Shown: positions 44,215 through 56,183 of the stretch, in pieces
How positions within the stretch are numbered: the stretch's first letter is position 1
How the letters are laid out: each line of letters opens with the position of its first letter
Origin: the human T2T-CHM13v2.0 reference genome, Homo sapiens
Reading direction: 5' to 3' (one strand)
Length of the DNA stretch: 64,000 nt
Assembly (NCBI RefSeq): GCF_009914755.1
Contig: NC_060933.1
The notes under the pieces: generated by a model
The model's input: the letters and a program-made list of their open reading frames with translations, nothing else
What the model was told of the DNA's origin: nothing
Database searches by the model: none
Position numbers and translations under genes: made by a program

Positions 44215-46635
44215 GTCTTTAAAAAAATATTAGACTACAGTTTTAAAGCAGTTTAGATTTACAGCTAAATTAAGCAGAAAGTATAGAAAGTTGCCATAAA
44301 CTCTCACTCCTCTACTCCTATTTTCTCCTTTTATTAACACAAATATGTACATTTGATAGATCAACATTGATGTTATTGATATTACTCAATTATTATTATC
44401 TAAAGTCCAAATTTACATCAGAGTTCACTCTTCATAGTGTACTTTCTATGGGTTTTGACATATATATATATTGACAAGAATTCAACCTTACAGTGCCATA
44501 CAGAATAGTTCCACTGCCTTAAAAATTCCCTATGCTGTACCAACTCATCCCTTCCTCTCCTCACGCAAACGCTTGTCAACCAGTGATCTTTGTTACAGTC
44601 ACTATAGTTGTGACTTTTCCAGAATGTCAAATAGTTGGAATTATAAAGAATGTAGCATTTTCAGAGAGGCTTTTTTTCACATAGCAATATGCATTTAAGG
44701 TTTCTCTGTGTCTTCATACATTGATGATATCACATTTCTTTTTAGTCAATATATGAGATTCCATGTTATGAATATATCACAGTGTGTTTACCATTAACTT
44801 ATTGAAGCACATCTTGGTTACACGCAACTCTTGGCAATAATGAATAAATCTGCTCTCAACATCCAGGTGCAGGTATTGTTGTATACAAAACTTTCAACTA
44901 AAGTGGGTAAATACCAAGGAAAATGATTGCAGAATGCTATGATAAGTATATGTTTAACTTTCTAAGAAATTGTCAAACTGTCTTTCAAAGTGGCTCTACT
45001 GCTTTGCATTTGCATCAGAAATGAATGAGAGTTTTTATTGCTCCATATTCTTGCCAGCATGTGGTGTTGTCAGTGTTTTATATTTTAGCCATCCAGTAGG
45101 TGTGTAGTAGTATCTTGTTTTAATTAATGAAAGATATTAATTGCACTCCCCTGGTAACATATGGTGTTGAATATTTTAAATTTTTTATTTTCCATGTGCT
45201 AAACTGCCATTTGGCAACATGTCTGTTCAGTTCTTTTGCTTATTTTTAACTTGGGTTGTTTTCTTATTGTTGAGTTTAAAGAGCTCTTTGTATGTTGAGT
45301 AACTGTTCTTTATCAGATGTATCTTCTGGAAATATTTTCTACCAGTCTGTGACTTGTCTTATTATCCTGATTATATCTTTCACAGAGCAGAATTATTTAA
45401 TATAATGAAGTCAGTTTATCAATAATTTTATGGATTATGCTTCTGGTGTTGCATGTAAAATGCCATTGCTATACTCTAGGTCATCTAGGTTTTCTCCTAT
45501 ATTAGCTTTTAATGGTTTAATAGTTTTATGTTTTCCATTTAGGACTATAACTTATTTTGAGTTAACTTGAGGAAGGATGTAATGTCTGTGTCTAGATTCA
45601 TTTTTTACATGTGGATGTGCAGTTGTTACAATGCCATTTGTCAAAAAGGCCACTTTGCCTCATTCATTGTCTTTGCTCCTTTGTCAAAGATTAGTTGGCT
45701 ATATTTATGTCATTTCTGGGACTATTTCTGGGCTCTCTCTCTATCCTATTCCATTGATCTATTTGTTCTTTTGGCAATGCCACACTGTTTTAATTGCAAT
45801 TTTACAGTAAGTCTTAAACTTAGGTGATGTCAGTCTTCAAACTTTATTCTTTTCCTTCAGTATTGTGTTGGTTATTCTTGGTCTTTTACCTTTTCATATG
45901 CATTTTAGTATTAGTTTGTTGATATCCACAAAATAACTTGCTGGGATTTTTGTTACAATTGAATCTATAGATCAAGATGAAAGAAAACTGAATTGATATC
46001 TTGACAATATTGAGTTTTCTATCCATGAAAATGTATCTCTCATCAGAGATTTCTTATATGACCTTGTACATATTTTGTTCAATTTATACTAAGTATTTCA
46101 TTTGTTGTACTAATGTAAATAGTTTTAGATTTCTAATTTCAAATTCCAATTGTTTGTTGCTTTTATATTTGAAAAAATCAAGGGAATTTTGTATATTAAC
46201 TCTGTACCCTGCAACCTTGGCAGAATTACTTAAGACTTCTAAGAGGTATTTTTGGTCATTTATTCTTTGGGGTTTTTTACATAGAAAAATCACATAATTT
46301 GTGAACAAAGACAATTTTATTTCTTTGTATCCCATCTGTACACCTGTTTATTTCCTTTTCTCATCTTGTTGACTAAAAAAAGAATTCCACTACAATGTTA
46401 AATGGGAGTAATGAGAGAGAATATCCTTGACTTGTTCCTAATCTTACTAGATGGAAAGCATCTCATTTCTCACCATTAGGCGTGGTTTTAGCAGTAGGAT
46501 TTTCATATTTGTCTCTTATTAGATTGAAAAATTTCCCATCTCTATTTAGTTTTCTGATAGTTTTTATTATAAATTAGTGATGGATTGTGTTAATTTTCTT
46601 CTGCATCTATTGGTATAATCATATTATTTTTCTTG
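44215..46635 (-). mobile_element. L1MC1-like 5'-truncated LINE-1
   Basis: 3' UTR 'gcagtttagatttacagctaaattaagcagaaagtatag...cagaatagttccactgccttaaaaatt'; RT remnant EIKLSLF...AKVAGYRVNIQNS at 46084-46335. Confidence 0.8.
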
Positions 46636-47432
46636 AAGAGAAAAGGTGACCACATGTAATTCAAAACTCCCATTCGCTCCAACATTTACCTCTTTAGTGT
46701 CTAAAGGTTAAACATATACTTCACTGTATCCAAGATGTTCTTCCTAGCCACAGAAATGAACTCTGTAATGCCAATGGTATTGCTGTTTCATTTGTTCTTG
46801 TACAGACAATGGCAACTACATCATAATAAACAAAGAGCAGAAAACAGCAATTATAGATGTCACCAATTCGAAGGTGCACTACAATTCCAGAAATAATAAG
46901 ATGTGATAAAATTTTCATATTATAATCAATGACCTATGATATTAGTGCTTAAAAATCTTCATTTCAATACACAAATGCAAAGTTTTAAAAGTCAATATTG
47001 ATTAAGAATACATTCTATTAGTTTCCTAAGATCATCACCTCTGGAAACAGGTTGTAAAGTAATTAAAGCACAAACATCACATCAAAACTGCCTTTGTTGA
47101 AATGCGATTCTCTCTAAGGAAAATTGATAAATATGGGGTAAAATATAACACTATGAGACAAATCTTAACACAGAAATATTCTTAGGATTTAATAAATCAA
47201 GAAATACAACACTTTAATTTTTCACTGAATACCATAAAATATGTTCAAATGCGAACAAGTATTATAAGTCGACTGAAATAGCTGATTTGTAAGAGTGATG
47301 AAGTGGTAGGTTTGTTTTCACTAATTTTTATTTAATTTTTATATTGTGATATAGTTACACTAAATAAAATGTAAAAATATAGGAAACATTAAAAAGTAGA
47401 AGGAATAATAGATTTGCCTTTAGTTTTTTTCT

Positions 47433-47481
47433 ATTATTATTGTAATTATTATTATACTTTAAGTTCTGGGACACATGTGCA
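47433..47481 (-). mobile_element. Extremely 5'-truncated L1PA insertion (49 bp)
   Basis: L1 terminus ttatactttaagttctgggacacatgtgca plus an (ATT)-rich tail, between perfect 17-bp TSDs gcctttagtttttttct at 47416-47432 and 47482-47498. Confidence 0.92.
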
Positions 47482-48269
47482 GCCTTTAGTTTTTTTCTAA
47501 AAGCTCTAGGACAGCACATAGAGAACTATTGAACTCTCTCTTTGGGAGAGGGTAAGAGGATCTCTTCCAGGAAGGTTTTTAGGAAGGCTTTTTATAAAGG
47601 ATTGGTGGGGTAGATCCTGATTATTAGTTCGTTTGAATTCATCCTGAGGGATACATATACAATAAATAAAATTTTAGGGAAGTAAAGGTTTGATACCAAC
47701 ATTGAATCCATTGATAAGCTAATTATTTTGGAAATGGCATGGAGAGATAAAGAAAAAGGTCTACCCACAGGAGTTTGTGAAAATGTTGGTGAGTAGACTA
47801 ATGCAGAGTGCACATAGATTTGGTGCATGGAATGTCAAATCCTGAAAAACACAAAGAGGATAACACCAAACCCTTGACAAGTGCTTTCCTTTTAGATACA
47901 GCAGCCATTCATAGGGACCATCCAAAGCCTGCTATTTATTATTTAAATGAGAAACTATCCGAATGTGATGCATAATGCAAAGTCATGTTTCACAAGTAGA
48001 GAGTAAATACATTTCAATACCTTGTGTAACAGAGGATTATGTATGATTCCTATGAAGAAGAAAATGTTTAAGTTCAAGATGATGCTATCCTAAAAGGTGT
48101 GTCCTTGCTTTAGTATGTTTGGCCTATTGCCAAATCTGCTTTCTAATCCTTCTGATCTGCTCCAAAACTATCATGATCTCCAGAACATTTATAAACGATG
48201 AAACCTTATCTCTTGCAATAGTTTCTGGTAGGAATATGATAGAATCAATGATTTAAATATAATTTGCTT

Positions 48270-48480
48270 ACTGATTAGTTTATTAAATATTTAATAGAAA
48301 CCTATTACATAATAGTTTCTGCAGTAGATTTGTGGGTGGAATGATGAGCAAACACCATTAAAACTCTGACAAATGTGATCATGTACAATTTATACGTGAT
48401 GCCTAAAATGCTATAAATGAGAAGAGAGCATGGTGCACAGGAAATGGCATGTGCAAAATGCACTGTTAGGAAATAGGCAG
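48270..48480 (-). mobile_element. L2 3'-end relic
   Basis: 'tttattaaatatttaatagaaacctattac...aatgatgagcaaaca...gcatgtgcaaa'. Confidence 0.45.
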
Positions 48481-49574
48481 AAATGGCATGATTGGGGGAC
48501 AGCAGTTATTTATAGACAGGGAATAGACAGTTTTATAGACAGCTATTTATAGACTTACATATACAAGTCTTTTCCCTGTATTTTCATTATGTTTTCTTGA
48601 TTCCTTAACTTTTCCAGTTTGCCTACTGAACATTCCTTTTATCAAAAAGGTCTCATCTATTCTAACTTTTTATTCTTATGAGCAAAATTTAAAATCATTT
48701 ACTAGTATTATAAAAATAAATTCACTGTCATTGTAAATAGTGATGCTTTTTATTTATAGATATATTTGGAAACACATTAAATTTTAAAAGTTAATATTTC
48801 AACAAATGTTGTTCCTTCCTGTTACCTATGTAGAGCAGTTTTCTTGGTATTTATTCTTTGTTGGTTTCTGCTCTAGTAGTGTCAGTGAGAGTAAGTATCA
48901 TCTTGAACATTTATGACTTTACAGCAGAGTTTCCAAATTGCGTTCTCTGGAATATTATTTCTGTAGTATTTCATAGATTTTTACAAACAATCCTCTCTTT
49001 TAATTGTTAATTCCACTAGAGTGGAATTCGGGTTCACTAGGGAGAAGTTATGTCTCCAAATTTATATTAGGAAAAGGAAGATTCTGCTGTTGGATCAAAT
49101 CTTCTAATTCTATTATCTTGTGCTGCCCTGATGGATTAATTTATTTCACCTACCCCTCTAATCTCCTTAGACAGAAATAGCAAATATGTATGCTGTTACT
49201 TCTCCTTTGCACCAGCAATCAATCATTGTAGTAATTCTACTCAACATGCTGCCTTAGCCTGGACACTGGCATACTATTGAGGTTGGCAAATGGAAGAAAA
49301 CCTGTATGTTATCTGTATCTACACTTGGTTCTCTGTTTTCCTGTTTACATGTGAAAACGTGTATACACAAAAATATGTGTGTGTTTCAATATTACATATT
49401 TGACCTTGAAAAATTATTGTTTTCTTAACTGCCCTCACAACCTTGCCTCCCTCCTTGTATCACTCCTTTTCTAATAAAACACAAAGAACAAATTTTGATA
49501 GGCCTAATATCTATTAAAATATTCTGATATCATTTTATATAGCTGTTATTTTGGATACATAGGCATTTCTCATC

Positions 49575-50740
49575 TCTTCATTTTTAATTTTTAAAAATTT
49601 ACAAGCAATAAAATTTATGCTTGTATACAGTTTTCTTCATGTTGAAAAATACATACAGTCATACATTTACTATGAAAATCAAGATTCAGAACAGTTCCAT
49701 CATCACCCTCATCAAATTCCTTTCTGTTGTCTGCTCATGGTCAACTCCTCTCACCTCTCTAAATCCTGAGAACTATTTATTTAGCCCCATTCCTAGGGTT
49801 TGCATTTTATAGAATATTATAAAAATGAATTATAAATGTATAGCGTTTGGCTCTGACTTTTTTCATTCAGAAGAATGCATTAGCAATTTATCTGTGTTGA
49901 TATATATATGAGATATATATGATCATATATAAATGATCATATATGAGATATATATGATCATATATATATATATGATATGCTGTGTGGTTTTAAATAGCCT
50001 TTCCTAATATCTAATCATGTTGATAACTTTTGTGTTTGTCATCTGGGTGATATATATCTATATATGTTTATTTCTTACCTTTTGAGTGTTAAGTAGTATT
50101 CCATTATATGCATGTTTCACAGTTTATCTATTCACTAGCTGAAGGATATTTGGATTGTTTCCAATTTTTGGCAATTATGAGTAATACTATAAACAGTGGC
50201 ATAAAGGTTTTTATTTCTCTTGGACAAAGAAGTAGGGTCGTTTGGTAATATGATAAGTGAAGAATTAACTTTATGAGAAACTGCTATACTATTTTCCAAA
50301 GAGGCTATAGCTTTTTTCATTCCCACTGTAATATGTGTGTGTTACAATTGCTCCACATGCTCAACAGCACTTGATATTGTCATTTTAATTTTTATGAATA
50401 AAATATTTCAGTTAATAGCAATAGTAAAAATTTAAATTTGAAATGAGTAAAATATATATTATCTGGGGGTGGCAGGTAATGGATGAATAATTATCAAATT
50501 AGGAAGAGTTTCCTTCTTGCCAACTGCAGCTAATTTGCATGACCTTGATTTGTATCTCGATGCATCACTTGATGACGATGACATACTTTGGTCAAATAAT
50601 ATTCTGTGTGGTTTTAAATAGCGTTTCATTGTATCTAATCATGTTGATGACTTTTTGTCATCCATTACTTTCTTTAGTTAATTGTCTGTTGAAGTCTTTT
50701 CCCCCAAATTCTTAATTAGGTTGCTTGTTTTCTTATTCTT
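49575..50740 (-). mobile_element. Ancient L1ME/MD-like 3' region with internal insertions
   Basis: 'aatcaagattcagaacagttccatca', 'tattccattatatgcatgtttcacagtttatctattcac', 'tttatgagaaactgctatactattttccaaagagg'. Confidence 0.7.
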
Positions 50741-50929
50741 GATCATTTACTTTTTTAAGCATAATCTTAATTTCTCTGGATTTACTATACTTAAGGTGGT
50801 TCTGTATGGTTATTTATGCCTCATTTGGGCTATTGGTGACCAAATAGATGACTTAGCCAAGACTGAAGATTGTAATGAAACCACCACCATTCATTTCATT
50901 CATTTATTATTGATTATCTAAGAATCCTT

Positions 50930-51233
50930 TATTTATTGATTGATTTTTTTTTTTTTTTTTTGAGATGGAGTCTTGCTCTGTCGCCCAGGCTGGAGTGCAG
51001 TGGCACCATCTTGGCACACTGCAACCTCCGCCTCCTGGGTTCAAGTGATTCTCCTGCTTTAGCCTCCTGAGTAGCTGGGACTACAGACACGTGCCCAGCT
51101 ACTTTTTGTATTTTAAGTAGAGACGGGGTTTCACCATGTTGGCCAGGATGGTCTCGATCTCTTGACCTTGTGATCTACCCACCTCGGCCTCCCAAAGTGC
51201 TGGGATTACAGGTGTGAGCCACCGCGCCTGGCC
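50930..51233 (-). mobile_element. AluSc-like with a small internal deletion
   Basis: 'ctcgatctcttgacc'; 15-bp TSD tatctaagaatcctt / tatctaagaaatctt at 50915-50929 and 51234-51248. Confidence 0.93.
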
Positions 51234-51481
51234 TATCTAAGAAATCTTAAAAGGCTACATCTAAAAGAAATAGTAAATCCAATCACACCTTACTTAATAA
51301 AGAAGCAAACTCAGCTAACTAGAACTTCAGAAATTTGCTTCAACTAACTAATTTTAAAGGTGCTTGAGAAGGCAACACAAGTACACACACACACACATTT
51401 TATGTACATATATTATACATACACACATGTGCACATTTAAATCCATAATCCCCTCAGACCAGCAGTTAGGGGTTATTTACT

Positions 51482-51719
51482 CTTGAGAGCTTGTTTGGAG
51501 GTTCTAGCAGGGGAGTACAGCTATTGATATACCCTTGACGAAATACTGGTCCTTCTCTATGGGGGATGGTCGTCCCCTTACCCAGAACACAACTTCCGGA
51601 GGGACACACCTGGAATGGTGAAGGAGGAAGCCGACAGCTGCCTAGCCAGCCAGATAAGCCAAATCAACCCTGGCGATCAATGGGGTGACAGATGTCACAG
51701 CCGGATCGCCCTCACATCC
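51482..51719 (-). pseudogene. 7SK snRNA retropseudogene (RN7SKP-type), 3'-truncated at about nt 240, no tail
   Basis: Minus strand reads GGATGTGAGGGCGATCCGGCTGTGACATCTGTCACCCCATTGATCGCCAGGGTTGA...CCCCTGCTAGAACCTCCAAACAAGCTCTCAAG, i.e. 7SK from nt 1. The specific RN7SKP number cannot be assigned. Confidence 0.95.
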
Positions 51720-54214
51720 TCTTTAATTGACAAATACGTCTAACAATTTGTGTTTTTAACTCTTAATTTACAATCAAGAAATTTGAATTGAGTTAGAGAC
51801 TGCTAAAGACAGATTCAATGCTTGTTACAAGAAAAAATTACTGATAATTCTTTAGAGGAAAATAAGGTAGAAGATACAAGAATTCTGTTTTTTTTTTTTA
51901 AAGCAAGCAGTGAGTCCATTTAGAAATCAATATGTGATATATTCAGTAGTAATATACTGTGGACCAATAATGCATTTTGCAAATTATCAAAGTTAAACAT
52001 TGAAAGTACCATTAGGTTTAATATTCTGTTTAATAGTGTGTATAAATTATCTTGGAGACATTTACACATAATCAAGACATTGTTTTATAGTTAATATGTG
52101 GTGGTGAGAAGAAACTAAGTCATAGTTAACATTTCTGGAAAAATTCCTTATACGCTACAGCTACTTTTCTGACAATGTCAGATAAACCTGTGACTATATT
52201 GTAACATAGGAGAAAGCCTTTCTGCTGCATTGGAATAATTTTCCTGCTACAATAAGAGAATGATGCTTAAGAAAATTGAGAAACTAACTTTGAAGTAAAG
52301 AAATGTGTTAAAACAAACAACAACACAGCAAAAATATCTTATTATGGAATAAAATAGCACAGGTTTATGTGTAAGCAGAGATTTAAAGAAATATATTTTG
52401 GAAATGTCCAAGATATCTCACACATCTTCACTTTTGCAAATCATTTGCATTTATTTATTTGTATGTCTTGGAATTATGATGCGCTCCCATTCGAATGCTC
52501 TGTTTTCTCACATTCTAGTCCTAGGATATGTGATTAATGCTTTATTGTTAGTCATAGCTCAGTCCTACTCACACTGTGTAGTTCTTTGCCATTTGCCAAT
52601 ATACAGACACTTTTGTTGTATTTTTTTGAAGGAGTTGATTTTATCAAATTATTCTTTCTGTATTTTTTTCTGGTTCCAAGTTGCTGTTTCCATTTACATA
52701 ATAACACTATCCCCTTTTGTTTAATTTCCTAACTTGGTAAGAGAGCTAGATAGATAGTATTTCAAAAAGGAACTTGGGACTTTGATTTAGAAATTAGAAT
52801 TCCAAGCAAATCACAATGCCCCCACTTTTATAATTAGCAAATATTTCAGATATCTACATGTTTTATTTCTTGTTATAAATTATCTTCTTAATTTAAAGGA
52901 AGAGATTCTTTAACTCCAGTGAGTTCCCTTAAGAGTGACAGAAATTGATATGTCTCCCACAAATCACGAACACATCTGAATAAAGAAGACCTCTTGGTTA
53001 ATAGAAGTAATTTGAATTCGTTGTACTTTTGAGATGAATGCAATATATGGCTTTTTATTGGCAGGTGATTAATCAATATATATAACATTGTGAAGAGTTT
53101 CTTCCTGTCAAAAGCTTCTGAGTTGCATGACCCTGATTTATATCATGTTGTACTAAGTTAATTCAAGGAATTTACTTTCTTTGGTTAAATACATTATTTC
53201 AGTGGAAGTAAGTATTCAAATGAGCAAGAAAAGTTTCAGAGTTAAATATATTCACTCCCAAACCTGAATTCAGCACTGCATGCCTGGGTAATTGTTGGCA
53301 CTTTATAGCAAAACACTTAGCTGAGATCAATTGTAGCTTTCTCAGTAAAATCCCAGAGCTCATCTCTAGGAAGAACATGTGGTTAAAGCAAAGGGGGAGG
53401 GGATGAGGAATGTTTAAAATTGCTTAGCTGAGTCTGACATTTTACCTTTTAAATATTAATTATATGGTGGGCTTCTTCTTATTTACATACCTAAGTGTTT
53501 GCTTGGGACATAAATGCTACTAAATTGTCTTGAGAAAGCCATAGAGCAGCTTTGTTAGATAAAACTTCTTGCAGCTGGTAATTTTTGGCAATTAATATTA
53601 TGAATGCTAATGCAATGGGGAGTAGAGAAGGTGCTTCCAGGATGCCACTTATCTCTGTAAAACGAAAGAAAATGTCAGAAGTGGTGAGCCTGCTGAGAGT
53701 ATTACTTCTGGGAAGGAAATAGATGGCAAATGTTAAAATTATCATATTTATGGACAGGCTAGAATTTAGGACCAGATTATCTAATAAATAGACTAGTAAA
53801 TAGGGTATATTGTAAATATTTTTAAACGCTTGTTTTGGATTGCTTATTCTAAGTAAGTTATAGCCTGTTTTTAAGAAAAAAATATTATACTGAACATATA
53901 TCTGGCCTGATGTAACAACTGAAAACAGATTCACATAAATCAACTGATTGGATTATCTTAATAATTGGTGAGATAATTAGGGGCAGTTCCATTGGTGCTT
54001 AGGATCAATATTTGAGATAAATATTAAAATGAAATATTTACTAGGATTGAGGTTATGTTGACACAGAAAAAAAATGTAAAAAATCTCAAATTATGAGGAA
54101 AAAACTCATCTGAGCTATAGGAATCTATTACTGTTAGAATTGCCAGCATACATTTCCAAAGTAGTTACATTCTCTTATACTTTCCAAACAAATAAAAAAA
54201 GTGTAGTTATACTA

Positions 54215-54284
54215 TCATTAGGCTATGTAATTTAAACCAGACTATACATAGTGCTCATTAGGCTATGTAATTTAAACCAGACTA
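54215..54284. repeat. Perfect 30-bp direct duplication with a 10-bp spacer
   Basis: tcattaggctatgtaatttaaaccagacta at 54215-54244 and 54255-54284. Confidence 0.95.
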
Positions 54285-55199
54285 AATCTTCACTGGAAAT
54301 AATCCAGGGGAAGGCAGCAATACAGGCATTATTAACATGTGAGTTATTTACAAATCGGAAATGAAAATATATTCTCCTTTTGCACATTTTTTGTTTGTTT
54401 ATGATTTAAGTTTCAGTTTATGCTATTTTCTCTGAGGTTTCACATTTCCAGGTAAATTAATTTTATACAAACTTTGGAAAAACATGGCTTTAATAGCCTG
54501 CATTGCATCTTTGACTCGGGTATAGGCTTGAGTTATATTACTATGAGAAATAGTATTTTGGTCACTAAAGCAGAAGCTCTTCTTTTTATGTGGGATGTTC
54601 AAATGTGAAGATAAGAGTGAATATATTATATTTAGCTATTTTACTATGTTCGTTTGTAAGTGAAGATAGATATAATAATGAGAGAGATGTCACTGACATA
54701 AAATAAGCATCCCTAATTTTGTGTGACAGTCTAAATCTCTAGTTTCAATAATCATATCCCATATGCCCACAAGCATATTCACAAGGGACATGCTATGTAT
54801 ACTAATTTTTTGTCTGTTAAACATGGTCGCAATTTTAAAAACATAAGAAAAGTGATAAATCAAGAAAATATTTGTTTTCCCTTTATTTTAATTCATTAAA
54901 CATCTGTTTTATACTTTCAGGTCTGTAAAATAAAGTAAGAAAATATGCTGTTCTCAAAGAAGCTGCATAATTTTTTTCAGAAATAAATTTGTATATATAC
55001 AAAAAATTAAATTTAAATGGGAGTAGGCATCCAAAAAGATAAATACAAGGCAGCATACACTAGAGTCAATTTAAATAGTATACAGGCAGAAATTCCCAGA
55101 ATTATTTCTACCTAGGTAGCATTAGGCACTGATATTGCAAGTCTGATAATATGCTCCTGCTTGAAATTCATTTGGAAGGCAGAAAAGAAAAAAAAAAAC

Positions 55200-55560
55200 C
55201 TAATGAAAAAATATTCAGAATTATAGTAAAATCTTTATATATATAAATGTTTATTGTGAGGTTATTCATAATAAACAGTTTAAAAACAACTCTAAGGGAA
55301 TGAATAAAATATAAAATGGAATGCCATAGAAGAATAAAATGTATATTTACAATACTTGGCATGGAAAACTGTTCATATAACATTGCTAGGTGAACAAAGC
55401 AGGTTGCAAAATACATGAAGTGTGATATTAACTCTATAAAAAGGAGAGACAGTGAAAAACATTAACAGGACAACTAAAAGCTATTTCCATGTGAAAAGAA
55501 TCCCAATGGTTTAAAAAAATTCTTTCTACCTCCTAGTATTATCCAACTTATGTATAGCTA
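55200..55560 (+). mobile_element. Ancient L1ME 3' UTR relic
   Basis: 'aatgtttattgtgaggttattcataata...cattgctaggtgaacaaagcaggttgcaaaatac'. Confidence 0.55.
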
Positions 55561-56009
55561 CTCATGGGTTGAACCAAAAACTAATATGTATTGAAAGAGA
55601 GACAACGAGAGAAGGGGGAGAGAGAGTCAATCCATAATGGATAATGAAAGATTTCAGGGCATAAACACATTGATTTAATAAAATGCTAATTAAGAGGGAA
55701 ACAATTGATAATTAATAATTTTTATTATATTGGAACTAGAGATCAGAAAGTAGAGCTTTCACTACTTGATAAAAGATGAGAGAGGAAAATGGGAGCACAA
55801 AGAAAATTGTGTCTTGTAAAGGCACAGCAGGCTGTTGAAGTACTTTATTATTTTCCAATAAGGAAGATTCTTTCTGATAAAATTATTACATATTAAGTTT
55901 TATCCTTAGGGGGAAATTTGTGTTGACTGGAATATAAGAAGTAGCCTTATAAAGTAGTAAAAACTTGAGAAATTATGATGGAACTTGAAGGCTTTATAAG
56001 AACTTAATT

Positions 56010-56183
56010 GTGAGTTTTCAAACATGACTGCATTGTAGAATCACCTAAGGAATTTCTAAAGTGCCCATCCCGGTCTCCTTGCTGAGATCCTAATTTAATT
56101 TCTATGTGGTTGTGTCCAAGGATGGATATTGTGAAATGACTCCTAAGTAATCAAAAGAATACAGACTGGTTTGAGAATGGCTG
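56010..56183. mobile_element. MER5-family (hAT-Charlie) MITE
   Basis: 'ttttcaaacatgactgcattgtagaatcacctaaggaattt...gagatcctaatttaatt...ggtttgagaatggctg'. Confidence 0.65.

Noticed and set aside
51482-51719. Functional 7SK gene
   Set aside because: About 90 nt are missing at the 3' end, there are many substitutions including CpG decay, and there is no U-tract terminator or recognisable upstream PSE/TATA.
53491-53943. 150-aa minus-strand ORF as a novel gene
   Set aside because: Starts at TTG, has the I/L/F/N-rich composition expected of AT-rich non-coding DNA, and shows no recognisable domain or splice structure.
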